This document shows, one piece after another, positions 1 to 9,605 of a stretch of 64,000 bases of DNA. The translations under genes were made by a program, and so were the position numbers. Numbering within the stretch: position 1 is the first letter of the stretch; each line of letters begins with the position of its first letter. The stretch spans positions 6,944 to 70,943 of the forward strand of contig CANQVE010000008.1 in NCBI GenBank assembly GCA_947627205.1, given 5' to 3'. The notes below the pieces were generated by a model. That model had not been told where the DNA came from, ran no database searches, and worked only from the letters and a program-made list of their open reading frames with translations. Source of the stretch: an uncultured Clostridia bacterium. Lineage in GTDB: Bacteria > Bacillota > Clostridia > Oscillospirales > Ruminococcaceae.

Positions 1-501
1 CTGGATGAGGCGGGAGAACGCTTTGAAAAAGGGAAGATGTTCCTCCCCCAGCTTATACGCGCGGCAGGAGCGGCGCAGGCGGCGTTTGACGAGGTAAAGA
101 CGGCAATTTCCAAAAACGGCGGCGAAAACAAAGCGAGAGGGAAAGTTGTCCTTGCGACGGTAAAGGGCGACGTTCACGATATAGGAAAGAACATTGTCAA
201 AACGTTGCTTGAGAATTACGGATTTGAAGTAATCGACCTCGGAAAAGACGTTGAATACGAGGCTGTAGCGGACGCCGCCGAAAAGACGGGCGCAAAGCTC
301 GTAGGGCTTTCGGCGCTTATGACGACGACGCTTAAAAGCATGGAAAACACTATAAAGCTCATCAGAGAGCGCGGCATTGACTGCAGGATAGTCGTGGGCG
401 GAGCGGTCCTTACTCCCGAATATTCGGCAAAGATAGGCGCAGACTATTATGCAAAGGACGCAAAGGAAACGGTAGATATAGCGAAAAAAGTTTATGAATA
501 A
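1..501 (+). CDS. metH: Cobalamin-dependent methionine synthase, C-terminal cap + B12-binding domain (5' truncated by window edge)
   Basis: Frame open from base 1 (LDEAGERFEKGKMFLPQ); B12-binding motif ATVKGDVHDIGKNIV, then LSALMTTT and VGGAV. Confidence 0.85.
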   Translation: MDEAGERFEKGKMFLPQLIRAAGAAQAAFDEVKTAISKNGGENKARGKVVLATVKGDVHDIGKNIVKTLLENYGFEVIDLGKDVEYEAVADAAEKTGAKLVGLSALMTTTLKSMENTIKLIRERGIDCRIVVGGAVLTPEYSAKIGADYYAKDAKETVDIAKKVYE

Positions 502-506
502 AAAAC

Positions 507-540
507 AACGCGGAGAATTTTTATTTCTCCGCGTTTTATT
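507..540. terminator. Bidirectional intrinsic terminator between convergent metH and hpf
   Basis: Arms AACGCGGAGA (507-516) / TCTCCGCGTT (526-535), A-tract before and T-rich tail after. Confidence 0.75.
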
Positions 541-556
541 TATTGCTTCGTTATGG

Positions 557-1078
557 TCAATTGTCCTCGGGAACAAGCACCGCATAATTTCCGTCGTCGC
601 GCTTGTAAACAACGTTTACAATGCCCGTCGTTGCATTCTTGAACATAAAGAAATTGTGTCCGAGGAGATCCATTTGCAGGATAGCTTCTTCAACGGTCAT
701 AGGTTTCATACGGAAATTCTTGTAACGTATAACTTCATAATCGGGCTCTTCTGGCTCGGGATCAAGTCCCGCAAAAGCGTTTTCACGCAGATTTTTTTCG
801 ACTCTTGTCTTATGCTTTCTTATCTGACGGATAATGCGGTCGATCGTAACGTCAAGCGCGTCGTTCTTATCTCTCGCGGTCTCTTCTGCGCGGTAAATTA
901 TCCCGTTATAGCTTACCGTAAGCTCCAGGACTATCTGTTCGCGCCTTTCGGATAAAGTTATTTTTGCTTCTGCTTCTTCGGGGAAAAACCTGTCGAGCTT
1001 TGCCGCAAACTTCTTTTCCGCATAATCGGTAAATGCCTGTGAGATGTTTATTTTCTTTGCCGTAATCGTAACCTTCAT
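557..1078 (-). CDS. hpf: Ribosome hibernation promoting factor (long HPF/RaiA)
   Basis: N-terminal HPF domain (DALDVTIDRIIRQIRKHKTR) plus C-terminal MKPMTVEEAILQMDLLGHNFFMF...VVYKRDDGNY. Confidence 0.92.
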   Translation of the reverse strand: MKVTITAKKINISQAFTDYAEKKFAAKLDRFFPEEAEAKITLSERREQIVLELTVSYNGIIYRAEETARDKNDALDVTIDRIIRQIRKHKTRVEKNLRENAFAGLDPEPEEPDYEVIRYKNFRMKPMTVEEAILQMDLLGHNFFMFKNATTGIVNVVYKRDDGNYAVLVPEDN

Positions 1079-1216
1079 CGGTCAGACCTTCTTCCGTTAA
1101 ATATTAGGCTTTAGCCTTATTTAATTTTATCATATTCTTTAAATTATTGCAAGAGTGTAAGAACATTTTCAGTCATTTTTCACAAAAAACTAATGAAAAT
1201 TTCTCTATCTGTTTTT

Positions 1217-1621
1217 TTATTTAAGAATAAGCGAATGATTGTAAGAGTCGGTTTTGTCGTTTATCTGCTCGGTTATCATATCGAAAAGAGTTTTCCCCTC
1301 GTGCATTTCGGCGGACTTTATTTTGCCGAGTATTTTTTCGCGGTTTGAGGGGTGGCATTTTTCGAGCAGTTTTTTATAATACCGTGCCGTCGCTTCATAG
1401 CCAAGCTCCATACGGCTTTTTTCGGAGTTCAGCCACACAAATTCCGCCGATTCTCCGTATTCAAAAACGCCGAATCCCCCGCGCAAAAGGTCGTGAAAAG
1501 CGTCGAAATTATGTCCCGCTCTGAAACCCGTATCATTTGTAAGAACGCGCTGCGCCTCGTCAAAAAACTCGTCGAGCGAAGAAAAGTTGTTTCCGTTTAT
1601 TTCAATTGTAATAATGCCCAT
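1217..1621 (-). CDS. Barstar-family protein
   Basis: IEINGNNFSSLDEFFDE...GHNFDAFHDLLRGGFG...WLNS matches the barstar pattern. Confidence 0.7.
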   Translation of the reverse strand: MGIITIEINGNNFSSLDEFFDEAQRVLTNDTGFRAGHNFDAFHDLLRGGFGVFEYGESAEFVWLNSEKSRMELGYEATARYYKKLLEKCHPSNREKILGKIKSAEMHEGKTLFDMITEQINDKTDSYNHSLILK

Positions 1622-1872
1622 AATTACTCCTCAATTATTATTAGTTTCAATTACAATAATTATAACATTATTTTCATTTTATTTCAAGTGAAATATAGCA
1701 AATAATCATGTGCAATTGTCAATAAATAAAACAGATTTGGTAAAAATAAATAAACTAAGTCAAGTCAATATGTCTGAACTTACAAAAATTGAAAATTAAA
1801 AACAAAAGTCTTGATTTTAATATACGGCAGATGATAAAATAAAGACGGAAAACTTCAGAAAAGGAGAACAAA

Positions 1873-2775
1873 ATGATATATACAATAACGTTCAATCCTG
1901 CGGTAGATTATGTAATGCGCATAGGAAAAATAACGGCGGGCATTGTAAACCGCTCCGAAAGCGAGGAAATATATTTCGGGGGAAAGGGAATAAATGTTTC
2001 GATAGTGCTGAACGAGCTTGGGGTAAAATCGACAGCGCTCGGATTTGTCGCGGGATTTACGGGAAAAGCGATTGAAAGCGGTCTTTCAGAAGCGGGAATA
2101 AAAACGGACTTTATTTTTCTTAAAAGCGGATATTCGAGGATAAACGTAAAGATAAAATCGACCGAAGAAACGGACATAAACGGCAGAGGACCGGATATCC
2201 CCGAAGAAGCGATAGATGAACTGTTGAAAAAACTGAAAGATATAAAAGACGGAGACACGCTTGTTTTAGCGGGGAGCGTTCCGAAAAGCCTGCCCGAAAA
2301 TATTTACGAAAAGATACTCGAAGAAATATCGGACAGGAAAATAAAGATAGTTGTCGATGCGGAGAAAGATCTTTTGTTAAACGCTCTTAAATACAAGCCG
2401 TTTCTGGTAAAGCCGAACAGCCGTGAGCTGGGAGATATGTTCGGCGTTTCGCTCAACACCAAAGAGGAAATAAATCTTTACGCAAGAAAGCTGAAAGAAA
2501 TGGGAGCGCAGAATGTTCTCGTTTCAATGGCGGGCGACGGAGCGTTATTGCTTGATGAAAACGGCGAAACGCATATATGCGGGGTTTGCAGGGGAGAAGT
2601 CAGAAACTCGGTCGGCGCGGGCGACTCAATGGTCGCGGGATTTATCGCGGGTTCTGCAAACGGAGACTATGAATACGCTTTGAAGCTCGGCACAGCCGCG
2701 GGCGGCGCAACGACCTTTTCCGAGGGCATAGGGAAAAGAGAGGAAATTTTAAGGCTTTTGGAACAGCTGGGGTGA
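1873..2775 (+). CDS. pfkB: 1-phosphofructokinase (PfkB family)
   Basis: MIYTITFNPAVDY, GGKGINVS, KPNSREL, NSVGAGDSMVAGF motifs. Confidence 0.9.
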   Translation: MIYTITFNPAVDYVMRIGKITAGIVNRSESEEIYFGGKGINVSIVLNELGVKSTALGFVAGFTGKAIESGLSEAGIKTDFIFLKSGYSRINVKIKSTEETDINGRGPDIPEEAIDELLKKLKDIKDGDTLVLAGSVPKSLPENIYEKILEEISDRKIKIVVDAEKDLLLNALKYKPFLVKPNSRELGDMFGVSLNTKEEINLYARKLKEMGAQNVLVSMAGDGALLLDENGETHICGVCRGEVRNSVGAGDSMVAGFIAGSANGDYEYALKLGTAAGGATTFSEGIGKREEILRLLEQLG

Positions 2776-2822
2776 ATGATTTTTAAAAGTATCCATGCTC
2801 GGTCGGGGCGGGGAGAAGCGCA

Positions 2823-3923
2823 TTAGTGGTTATTTCGATGATAGAAGAAGCTTATGACGCTTCTTATATACCTGTATATTTCGGCATCTTCAAGATTATG
2901 CTTCAGCATATCTTCTTTTCTAACAGAATAGCAGAGATTTTGCGGTGTACAGCCTTTCTTAATGGAGAAAAGATATGAATTCATAATTTCTGCTGTCACG
3001 ACCTCATATGGGAACAGCATTACGTTTGTTCCAATTGCGCCGATGACAAGAGTTGCCATATCCTTTATCTCCGCACACTTGTTGAAGATTTTTATGACTG
3101 CTTCTCGCGAATCAATACCCGCAATACTTTCGCTTTTATCATCATTGGAGACCATTCCAGAGTTGGCGATAAGCAACAGATTTACGGAAAATTGTCGAAA
3201 TACTTTGGGCATAATCGGGATACTCACCGTGATTATATCACCAAGGCAAAGAGGAGTTCCGTCTTTGTGGAGCTCTCCTATAGCGGTGTCCATTTTTGCC
3301 TGTAAACTCTCTGGCATAACGCCGAATTCGTCCTTTAAATATTGACACACGCTCCAAAAAATGCCCGATTTTGTAAGCTTGCTTATTTTCCCTGATACAT
3401 CCATACCCATAGCGAAGTATGTCGTGCCTGCGTCAACTTTCCCATTGTCGATCAGAAATTTCATGTTTGAATCAAAATTACCCTTTATTAGTGAGAACTT
3501 GTGCCCGTGAGAATCTATATCTGTTTCGAAATATCTTTCTCCCATGCTTATTTCGTTAATGAATCCTTTAAGGTTTAGGTTGTTTATATCGAAGCGCTGC
3601 GAACGTCCAATCTTGTATCTCAGCTCATCTGCTATATCATTTTCCGCTGTGTTATCAATTTTAAGCACCCATATTTTTCGATGTATCTTCTTGGCTCGCT
3701 CAATCTCATCATAAACATAATCAGAAGTCTCCGTGTTTTTGGACAGGAGCAGTAGAAAGATACTGCACGCCTGTATATTCTCAATCTCTGCTAATGTGTG
3801 GTCTTCCGTACCCGGTAAGATATCCTCGGGGGCAATCCAGGTCTCAATTCCATGCAGTTCAAGTATGTTTCTTATGAGCAGAGCGATACTGTGGTCTTTA
3901 CTGCTATGACTAATAAATATCAT
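2823..3923 (-). CDS. TIR domain fused to a probable Macro-like (ThsA-Macro/DUF6430-like) domain
   Basis: Likely start ATG at 3923 (TGA-G-ATG coupling to upstream gene); IFISHSSKD...TWIAPEDILPG...IFLLLLSKN..SDYVYDEIERA is a TIR with the catalytic Glu; C-terminal SLIKGNFD...LLLIANS...LVIGAIGTN resembles a Macro fold (less certain). Confidence 0.7.
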   Translation of the reverse strand: MIFISHSSKDHSIALLIRNILELHGIETWIAPEDILPGTEDHTLAEIENIQACSIFLLLLSKNTETSDYVYDEIERAKKIHRKIWVLKIDNTAENDIADELRYKIGRSQRFDINNLNLKGFINEISMGERYFETDIDSHGHKFSLIKGNFDSNMKFLIDNGKVDAGTTYFAMGMDVSGKISKLTKSGIFWSVCQYLKDEFGVMPESLQAKMDTAIGELHKDGTPLCLGDIITVSIPIMPKVFRQFSVNLLLIANSGMVSNDDKSESIAGIDSREAVIKIFNKCAEIKDMATLVIGAIGTNVMLFPYEVVTAEIMNSYLFSIKKGCTPQNLCYSVRKEDMLKHNLEDAEIYRYIRSVISFFYHRNNH

Positions 3924-3924
3924 C

Positions 3925-4353
3925 TCAAATATCCCTAAAATCGTCGTTCCACATAGACATCCACGCATTTGTTTCGGCGTTTGGGGTCACAAGTACCTTA
4001 TCGTTTCCACCGGGAACTTTTGAGAAAATGATTCGTGTCCCAGGTAGATATTTCGATACATATGGTTCGTTACTGTTTATGACATAGAGGTCGCCCTTCC
4101 CAAATTTGTATTCCGTTTTCCCGTTCAGCAGAAGCAACTTGACCTCACCCTCAATCACATAGTTATACTCGGTATTGAACGAATGATAATGTGGCATATC
4201 TGCTTTAAATCCTTGGTAATTGCTAACTCCTATTTCGTATCCGTCCGTAGGTATATGTCTTACTCCGTTTTCGCTATGAAGGTAGCCGCAAAGGTATACC
4301 CTATTGGAAGCCGTAAGACCTTTTTCTATATCCTTACCATAAACAATATTCAT
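3925..4353 (-). CDS. Cupin-domain protein
   Basis: PHYHSFNTEYNYVIEGEV...FGKGDLYVINSNEPY double-stranded beta-helix motifs with metal-binding HxH...E. Confidence 0.75.
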   Translation of the reverse strand: MNIVYGKDIEKGLTASNRVYLCGYLHSENGVRHIPTDGYEIGVSNYQGFKADMPHYHSFNTEYNYVIEGEVKLLLLNGKTEYKFGKGDLYVINSNEPYVSKYLPGTRIIFSKVPGGNDKVLVTPNAETNAWMSMWNDDFRDI

Positions 4354-4412
4354 TTAAATGTACTCCCTTTTCTTCGAATCAAAAACGTGTGGTTGATGTC
4401 AATTATTCAAAA

Positions 4413-4690
4413 AAAGCCTGTCGGCATTGATTTCGAGTTCGTTTGAAAGAATGTAGTTTAAGACGAATATACCGTTAGGGTAAATCCATAATTTTCGCTG
4501 GAAACGGACATTTATCCGTCCTCGATATATTTTTCAGCTTTGCAACGTATGCCGTGCCGAAATCCTTATCGAACGTCCTAATGAACTTCTGCAAACAAAT
4601 CCATCCACTAATCTCATGCGGGGAATAATCTTTCCGCTGAGCACCTCATATAACGGAATTTCCTCGTAATCGTATGAGCCGACAGGCTTT
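4413..4690. repeat. ~280-bp non-coding segment bounded by a perfect 13-bp inverted repeat
   Basis: AAAGCCTGTCGGC (4413-4425) / GCCGACAGGCTTT (4678-4690); T-run follows the distal arm on the minus strand. Confidence 0.6.
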
Positions 4691-4697
4691 ATTTAAT

Positions 4698-5732
4698 TCA
4701 ATTTTTTATTTGCGGTTTGCACAAGACTGTTAAGCCTTTCATAGCCTCTTCAACCGCAACAGCGCAAGCGACTGTAGCGCCTACCATGGGGTTGTTGCCC
4801 ATGCCGATAAGTCCCATCATCTCAACATGCGCGGGAACTGACGAAGAACCCGCAAACTGCGCGTCGGAGTGCATGCGTCCCATTGTATCGGTCATACCGT
4901 AAGAAGCAGGGCCCGCCGCCATGTTGTCGGGGTGGAGGGTACGTCCCGTGCCGCCGCCCGATGCAACGGAGAAGTATTTCTTGCCCTTTTCAACGCACTC
5001 TTTCTTGTAAGTGCCTGCAACGGGGTGCTGGAAACGGGTGGGGTTTGTGGAGTTGCCCGTAATTGAAACGTCAACGCCCTCTTTCCACATTATCGCAACG
5101 CCCTCTGTAACGTCGTTCGCGCCGTAGCAGTTTACCTTTGCACGAAGTCCCGTAGAATAAGCCTTGCGGAATACTTCTTTAACTTCGCCGGTGTAGTAGT
5201 CCATTTCGGTTTCAACGTATGTAAAGCCGTTTATGCGCGCGATTATTTGCGCCGCGTCCTTTCCGAGACCGTTAAGTATAACTCTCAGCGGTTCTTTGCG
5301 GACCTTGTTTGCCTTTTCGGCAATTCCTATAGCACCCTCAGCCGCCGCGAAACTCTCGTGACCTGCAAGGAATGCAAAGCACTTTGTGTCCTCTTCGAGG
5401 AGCATCTTTCCGAGGTTTCCGTGTCCGAGACCAACTTTTCTCTGATCAGCAACAGAGCCGGGAATGCAGAACGCCTGAAGTCCCTCTCCGATAGCCGCAG
5501 CCGCGTCAGCAGCCTTTGTGCAGCCTTTCTTTATCGCAATAGCGCAGCCTACGGTATAAGCCCACTTTGCGTTTTCAAAGCAGATAGGCTGAATGCCCTC
5601 GGTTATCTTATAAGGATCAAAGCCTTTAGCCAGGCAGATATCGCGGCATTCTTCTATAGTGTTTATTCCGTATTCTTTCAAGACAGCGAGGATCTGCTTT
5701 TCGCGTCTTTCATAAGATTCAAATAAAGCCAT
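4698..5732 (-). CDS. GGGtGRT family protein (function unknown)
   Basis: Signature SVASGGGTGRTLHPDNMAAGPASYGMTDTMGRMHSDAQFAGSSSVPAHVEMMG. Confidence 0.9.
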   Translation of the reverse strand: MALFESYERREKQILAVLKEYGINTIEECRDICLAKGFDPYKITEGIQPICFENAKWAYTVGCAIAIKKGCTKAADAAAAIGEGLQAFCIPGSVADQRKVGLGHGNLGKMLLEEDTKCFAFLAGHESFAAAEGAIGIAEKANKVRKEPLRVILNGLGKDAAQIIARINGFTYVETEMDYYTGEVKEVFRKAYSTGLRAKVNCYGANDVTEGVAIMWKEGVDVSITGNSTNPTRFQHPVAGTYKKECVEKGKKYFSVASGGGTGRTLHPDNMAAGPASYGMTDTMGRMHSDAQFAGSSSVPAHVEMMGLIGMGNNPMVGATVACAVAVEEAMKGLTVLCKPQIKN

Positions 5733-5749
5733 TCTTCGTTACCTCCCCA

Positions 5750-6442
5750 TTACTGCTTTCTCGGATCAATTATCTTGACCGCGTCGGCAACTCTTCCGTA
5801 CTGACCTTGAGCTTTTTCATAGGCTTCTTTAACGTCCATTCCGCCCTTTATAAAGTCCATCATCTTGCCGAAGTTTATAAACTTATAGCCGATTATCTCA
5901 TTGTCCTCATTCAGAGCAAGTCCCGTTACATATCCGTCTGTCATTTCAAGATAGCGGGGACCTTTTTTAAGAGTGCCGTACATTGTGCCTATCTGCGAGC
6001 GTAAGCCCTTTCCGAGGTCCTCAAGACCTGCGCCTATTGTAAGACCGTCTTCGGAGAAAGCGGACTGCGAGCGTCCGTAAACTATCTGTAAGAACAGTTC
6101 TCTCATAGCCGTGTTTATAGCGTCGCATACAAGGTCGGTATTGAGCGCCTCGAGAATAGTTCTGCCGGGGAGTATCTCCGCCGCCATAGCCGCAGAATGT
6201 GTCATACCCGAACAGCCGATCGTTTCAACGAGAGCCTCCTGTATAACACCGCCCTTTACGTTGAGCGACAGCTTGCACGTTCCCTGCTGGGGAGCGCACC
6301 AGCCTATGCCGTGCGTAAAACCGTTGATGTCTGAAATTTCCTTTGCCTTTACCCATTTAGCTTCTTCGGGAATAGGCGCAGCGCCGTGAGCAACGCCCTG
6401 TGCCACAGGACACATTGCTTCGACTTCATGAGAATAAGTCAT
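5750..6442 (-). CDS. IscU/NifU-like Fe-S scaffold-family protein, usual partner of GGGtGRT
   Basis: GWCAPQQGTCKLSLNVK.G.IQEALVETIGCSGMTHSAAMA...NTDLVCDAIN with conserved Cys. Confidence 0.8.
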   Translation of the reverse strand: MTYSHEVEAMCPVAQGVAHGAAPIPEEAKWVKAKEISDINGFTHGIGWCAPQQGTCKLSLNVKGGVIQEALVETIGCSGMTHSAAMAAEILPGRTILEALNTDLVCDAINTAMRELFLQIVYGRSQSAFSEDGLTIGAGLEDLGKGLRSQIGTMYGTLKKGPRYLEMTDGYVTGLALNEDNEIIGYKFINFGKMMDFIKGGMDVKEAYEKAQGQYGRVADAVKIIDPRKQ

Positions 6443-6620
6443 TTTAATTTCTCCTTTTTTCCAATATTTAGCAGTTTATCTGCCATACAACTTTATTATA
6501 CAATATTTTTTTCAATATTTCAAGTACATAATGACTAAAATTTTAATTGATAACAATATGTAGGTATGTTGATTAAGACTTGTTTCGGAATTTGGCGCTA
6601 TTCGGGCGGAGGGGGGTAGG

Positions 6621-6843
6621 CAAGTATACAGTGTACAGTGGATAGTGTACAGCATTGGTGTCCTCTTCGCGGACAGTATTTAGATTGTTTTAAGTCGATA
6701 GGCACACGAACAACCTTTTATGGGTACATTTTAAAACGTTTCGGTTTGATAACAATCAAAAATGTCCGCATAGCGTTTTGCGCGAAGCGCATAATGCGTG
6801 GACAACCATAACTGACTACTTTACACTTTACACTGTATACTGT
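6621..6843. repeat. Heptamer-ended palindromic interspersed repeat, copy A
   Basis: Ends AGTATACAGTGTACAGTG / CACTTTACACTGTATACT; core TAGATTGTTTTAAGTCGATAGGCACAC...AAAACGTTT...GATAACAATC shared with 10904-11130 (inverted) and 27322-27522. Confidence 0.8.
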
Positions 6844-6845
6844 GT

Positions 6846-7466
6846 CTAGATGGTGAAATCAAAAAACTCTTTTCCTTTCACCTCAAACCCGACATTTCCC
6901 GAACAGGCGTCTGTGAGTTCTGTTCTGAGCTTTTCCGAAAGCTCCTCTTTTACATAAACGGCGAGCTTAACGCCGTTTCCGAAATCCTCGTCTGCAATCT
7001 TTGCGCCCAGCTCGTCAAATATCCTCGCTAACTTCCCGTAAAACGAATAGTCTACGGTTATCTCGGTTTTCACCGCAAAAGCCATTTCCTTTATCTTCGC
7101 CATTCCCACGGCGTCCGCGGCGGCTTTCGTATACGCTCTCACAAGCCCGCCCGCGCCGAGCAGTATCCCGCCGAAATACCTCGTAACAACACAGCATACC
7201 CCGCTTAAACCCTCTTTTTGCAATACTTCGTATATCGGCACACCCGCCGTTCCTTGGGGTTCGCCGTCGTCCGAGTGACGGGAGGTCTTGTCCGTCAGAA
7301 TATACGCATAGCAGTTGTGGCGAGCCTTTCGGTTCGCCGCGCGTATTTCGTTTATAAATGCCGTCGCTTCTTCTTCGCTCGAAACGGGCGCAAGATAGCC
7401 TATAAACTCCGACTTCTTTTCCTCAAACCGTGACACAACGCGGCTTTCAATTGTCCTGTATTCCAT
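6846..7466 (-). CDS. yigZ: YigZ/IMPACT family protein
   Basis: EEKKSEFIG, ARHNCYAY, SDDGEPQGTAGVP, VVTRYFGGILLGAGGLVRAY. Confidence 0.9.
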   Translation of the reverse strand: MEYRTIESRVVSRFEEKKSEFIGYLAPVSSEEEATAFINEIRAANRKARHNCYAYILTDKTSRHSDDGEPQGTAGVPIYEVLQKEGLSGVCCVVTRYFGGILLGAGGLVRAYTKAAADAVGMAKIKEMAFAVKTEITVDYSFYGKLARIFDELGAKIADEDFGNGVKLAVYVKEELSEKLRTELTDACSGNVGFEVKGKEFFDFTI

Positions 7467-7567
7467 TTTACTCCTCGGGATATAACAAATTCACGCGCAT
7501 CACAAGACGCGCGTGAGCTTGTTTATAAACAAAATTAACAAAACGATATGAGCGTTTTAATACCAAA

Positions 7568-7771
7568 TTACTTTCCGAGATTATAACGCTTATTAAATCT
7601 GTCAACGCGTCCGCCGCTGTCAACGAGCTTCTGCTTGCCCGTGAAGAAAGGGTGGCACTTTGAGCAAATTTCAACTCTTATGTCTTTTTTGGTGGAACGT
7701 GTTTCAATAACGTTTCCGCAGGCACATCTGATAGTTGTCGCTTCGTATGCGGGATGAATACCCTCTTTCAT
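7568..7771 (-). CDS. rpmE: 50S ribosomal protein L31 (Zn-binding type)
   Basis: MKEGIHP...CACG...[30 protein letters not shown]; ATG at 7771 behind a GAGGTG RBS. Confidence 0.95.
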   Translation of the reverse strand: MKEGIHPAYEATTIRCACGNVIETRSTKKDIRVEICSKCHPFFTGKQKLVDSGGRVDRFNKRYNLGK

Positions 7772-7892
7772 TCTTCTCACCTCACAAAAATATGCTGTGC
7801 ATAAATCACAAAAACAATTATAACATATTTGCCCCGAAAAATCAAGGGAATTTCAAAAAATATTATTATGTTATAATATACAAATTATTCCG

Positions 7893-9605
7893 TTAAATGC
7901 CGAGAATTTTGGTAAATTCAACGGACAATTCTTTCTGGATCTCAACAGCAATATCTCTTGCGGGAGCCTTTGTGGTATAGTAAACCTTTATCTTAGGCTC
8001 CGTGCCCGACGGTCTGATTATAATGCTCGCGTCATTTTCGAGGTTGTAGGTAATAACGTTCGACTTCGGGAGCTTTACTTCGCTCTTTGTTCCGTCGGCT
8101 TCTACTCTCTCGCTTGCCTTATAGTCGGTCGTAGCGAGGACTTTAAGACCGCCGATATTGTCGAGCTTTGTATTGCGGAGTCCCGCCATTATCTCGCTCA
8201 TCTTTGTCATTCCCGCTTCGCCCTCAAAGCCGAAGTTCTCAACTTTGTTGAGATATACGCCGTATTCGTCATAAAGACGAGCTCTCGCTTCTATCATTGA
8301 AATGCCCTTTGAGCGGTAGAACGCAGCCATTTCGCAGATAAGCATAGAAGCAACGACAGCGTCCTTGTCTCTTACATATCCGCCCGCAAGATAGCCGTAG
8401 CTCTCCTCAAAGCCGAATATATAGCGCTCTTCTTCGCCTGCCGCTTCGAGCAGACCTACCTGTTCGCCGATATACTTAAATCCCGTGAGGACTTCTCTAA
8501 GCTCTACTCCGTACTTTTTCGCAATTGCCTTTGTAATGTCGCTGGTTACAATTGTCTTTACAGCGACAGGGTTTTTCGGCATTCTTCCGAGCGCAAGACG
8601 TTCTCTGCAGACATATTCGAGCAGGAGAGCACCTGTTTCGTTTCCTGTAAACAGTTCGTAGCCGTCGCCGTCGGGAACGGCAATTCCCACTCTGTCGCAG
8701 TCGGGATCGGTCGCAAGCATAAGATCGGGCTTTTCCTTTTCGCAGAGCTTAAGACCAACTGCAAGAGCTTCTCTTATCTCGGGGTTCGGGAACGGGCAGG
8801 TCGGGAAGTTTCCGTCGGGATTTTCCTGCTCGGGAACAACTACAACGTCCTTTACGCCGATCTCGGAAAGTATTCTTCTGACAGGCTTGTTGCCCGTGCC
8901 GTTGAGCGGTGAGTAAACGACTTTCAGTCCGCTCTTTGCGACAACGTCGGTATGCAGGCTCTGTTCTCTTACTTTTGCGATATAAGCGTCGATAACGTCG
9001 TCGCCTATGTAGTTTATCATTCCGCTTTCGACCGCAGAATTAAAGTCCGCAGACTTTATACCGCTGAAAGTATCGATGTTATTTATTTTAGCAAGAACGG
9101 CGTCCGCCGCTTCGGAAGTCATCTGACAGCCGTCCGCGCCGTATACCTTATAGCCGTTGTATTTGGCAGGGTTATGAGAAGCAGTAACAACAATGCCCGC
9201 ACCGCATTTAAGATAGCGCACCGCCCACGAGAGCATGGGGGTAGGCATAAGCTCTTTGTAGATATGTACCTTTATGCCGTTTGCCGCAAGAACTTCCGCC
9301 GCGCACTGAGCGAAATATGTAGACTTTATACGGCTGTCATAGCCTATAGCGACTTTCTTTTCGAGACCGCTCGAAAGAATGTATTCCGCAAGTCCCTGGG
9401 TAGCCTTTTTTACGGTATAGACGTTCATTCGGTTTGTGCCTGCGCCGATAACGCCGCGCAGACCTGCCGTTCCGAATTCAAGCTCACGGTAAAAACGGTC
9501 GTTTATTTCTTCGGGTTTGTCTTTGATCTGTTCCAGCTCGGGTTTAAGATCGGGATCTTCGGTCGCCTTTTCGAGCCACAGTTCATATTCTTTACGGATA
9601 TCCAT
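7893..9605 (-). CDS. pgm: Phosphoglucomutase/phosphomannomutase
   Basis: FGTAGLRG, TASHNP active Ser loop, DPDCDR metal loop, GFEESYG, RPSGTEPKIK. Confidence 0.92.
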   Translation of the reverse strand: MDIRKEYELWLEKATEDPDLKPELEQIKDKPEEINDRFYRELEFGTAGLRGVIGAGTNRMNVYTVKKATQGLAEYILSSGLEKKVAIGYDSRIKSTYFAQCAAEVLAANGIKVHIYKELMPTPMLSWAVRYLKCGAGIVVTASHNPAKYNGYKVYGADGCQMTSEAADAVLAKINNIDTFSGIKSADFNSAVESGMINYIGDDVIDAYIAKVREQSLHTDVVAKSGLKVVYSPLNGTGNKPVRRILSEIGVKDVVVVPEQENPDGNFPTCPFPNPEIREALAVGLKLCEKEKPDLMLATDPDCDRVGIAVPDGDGYELFTGNETGALLLEYVCRERLALGRMPKNPVAVKTIVTSDITKAIAKKYGVELREVLTGFKYIGEQVGLLEAAGEEERYIFGFEESYGYLAGGYVRDKDAVVASMLICEMAAFYRSKGISMIEARARLYDEYGVYLNKVENFGFEGEAGMTKMSEIMAGLRNTKLDNIGGLKVLATTDYKASERVEADGTKSEVKLPKSNVITYNLENDASIIIRPSGTEPKIKVYYTTKAPARDIAVEIQKELSVEFTKILGI

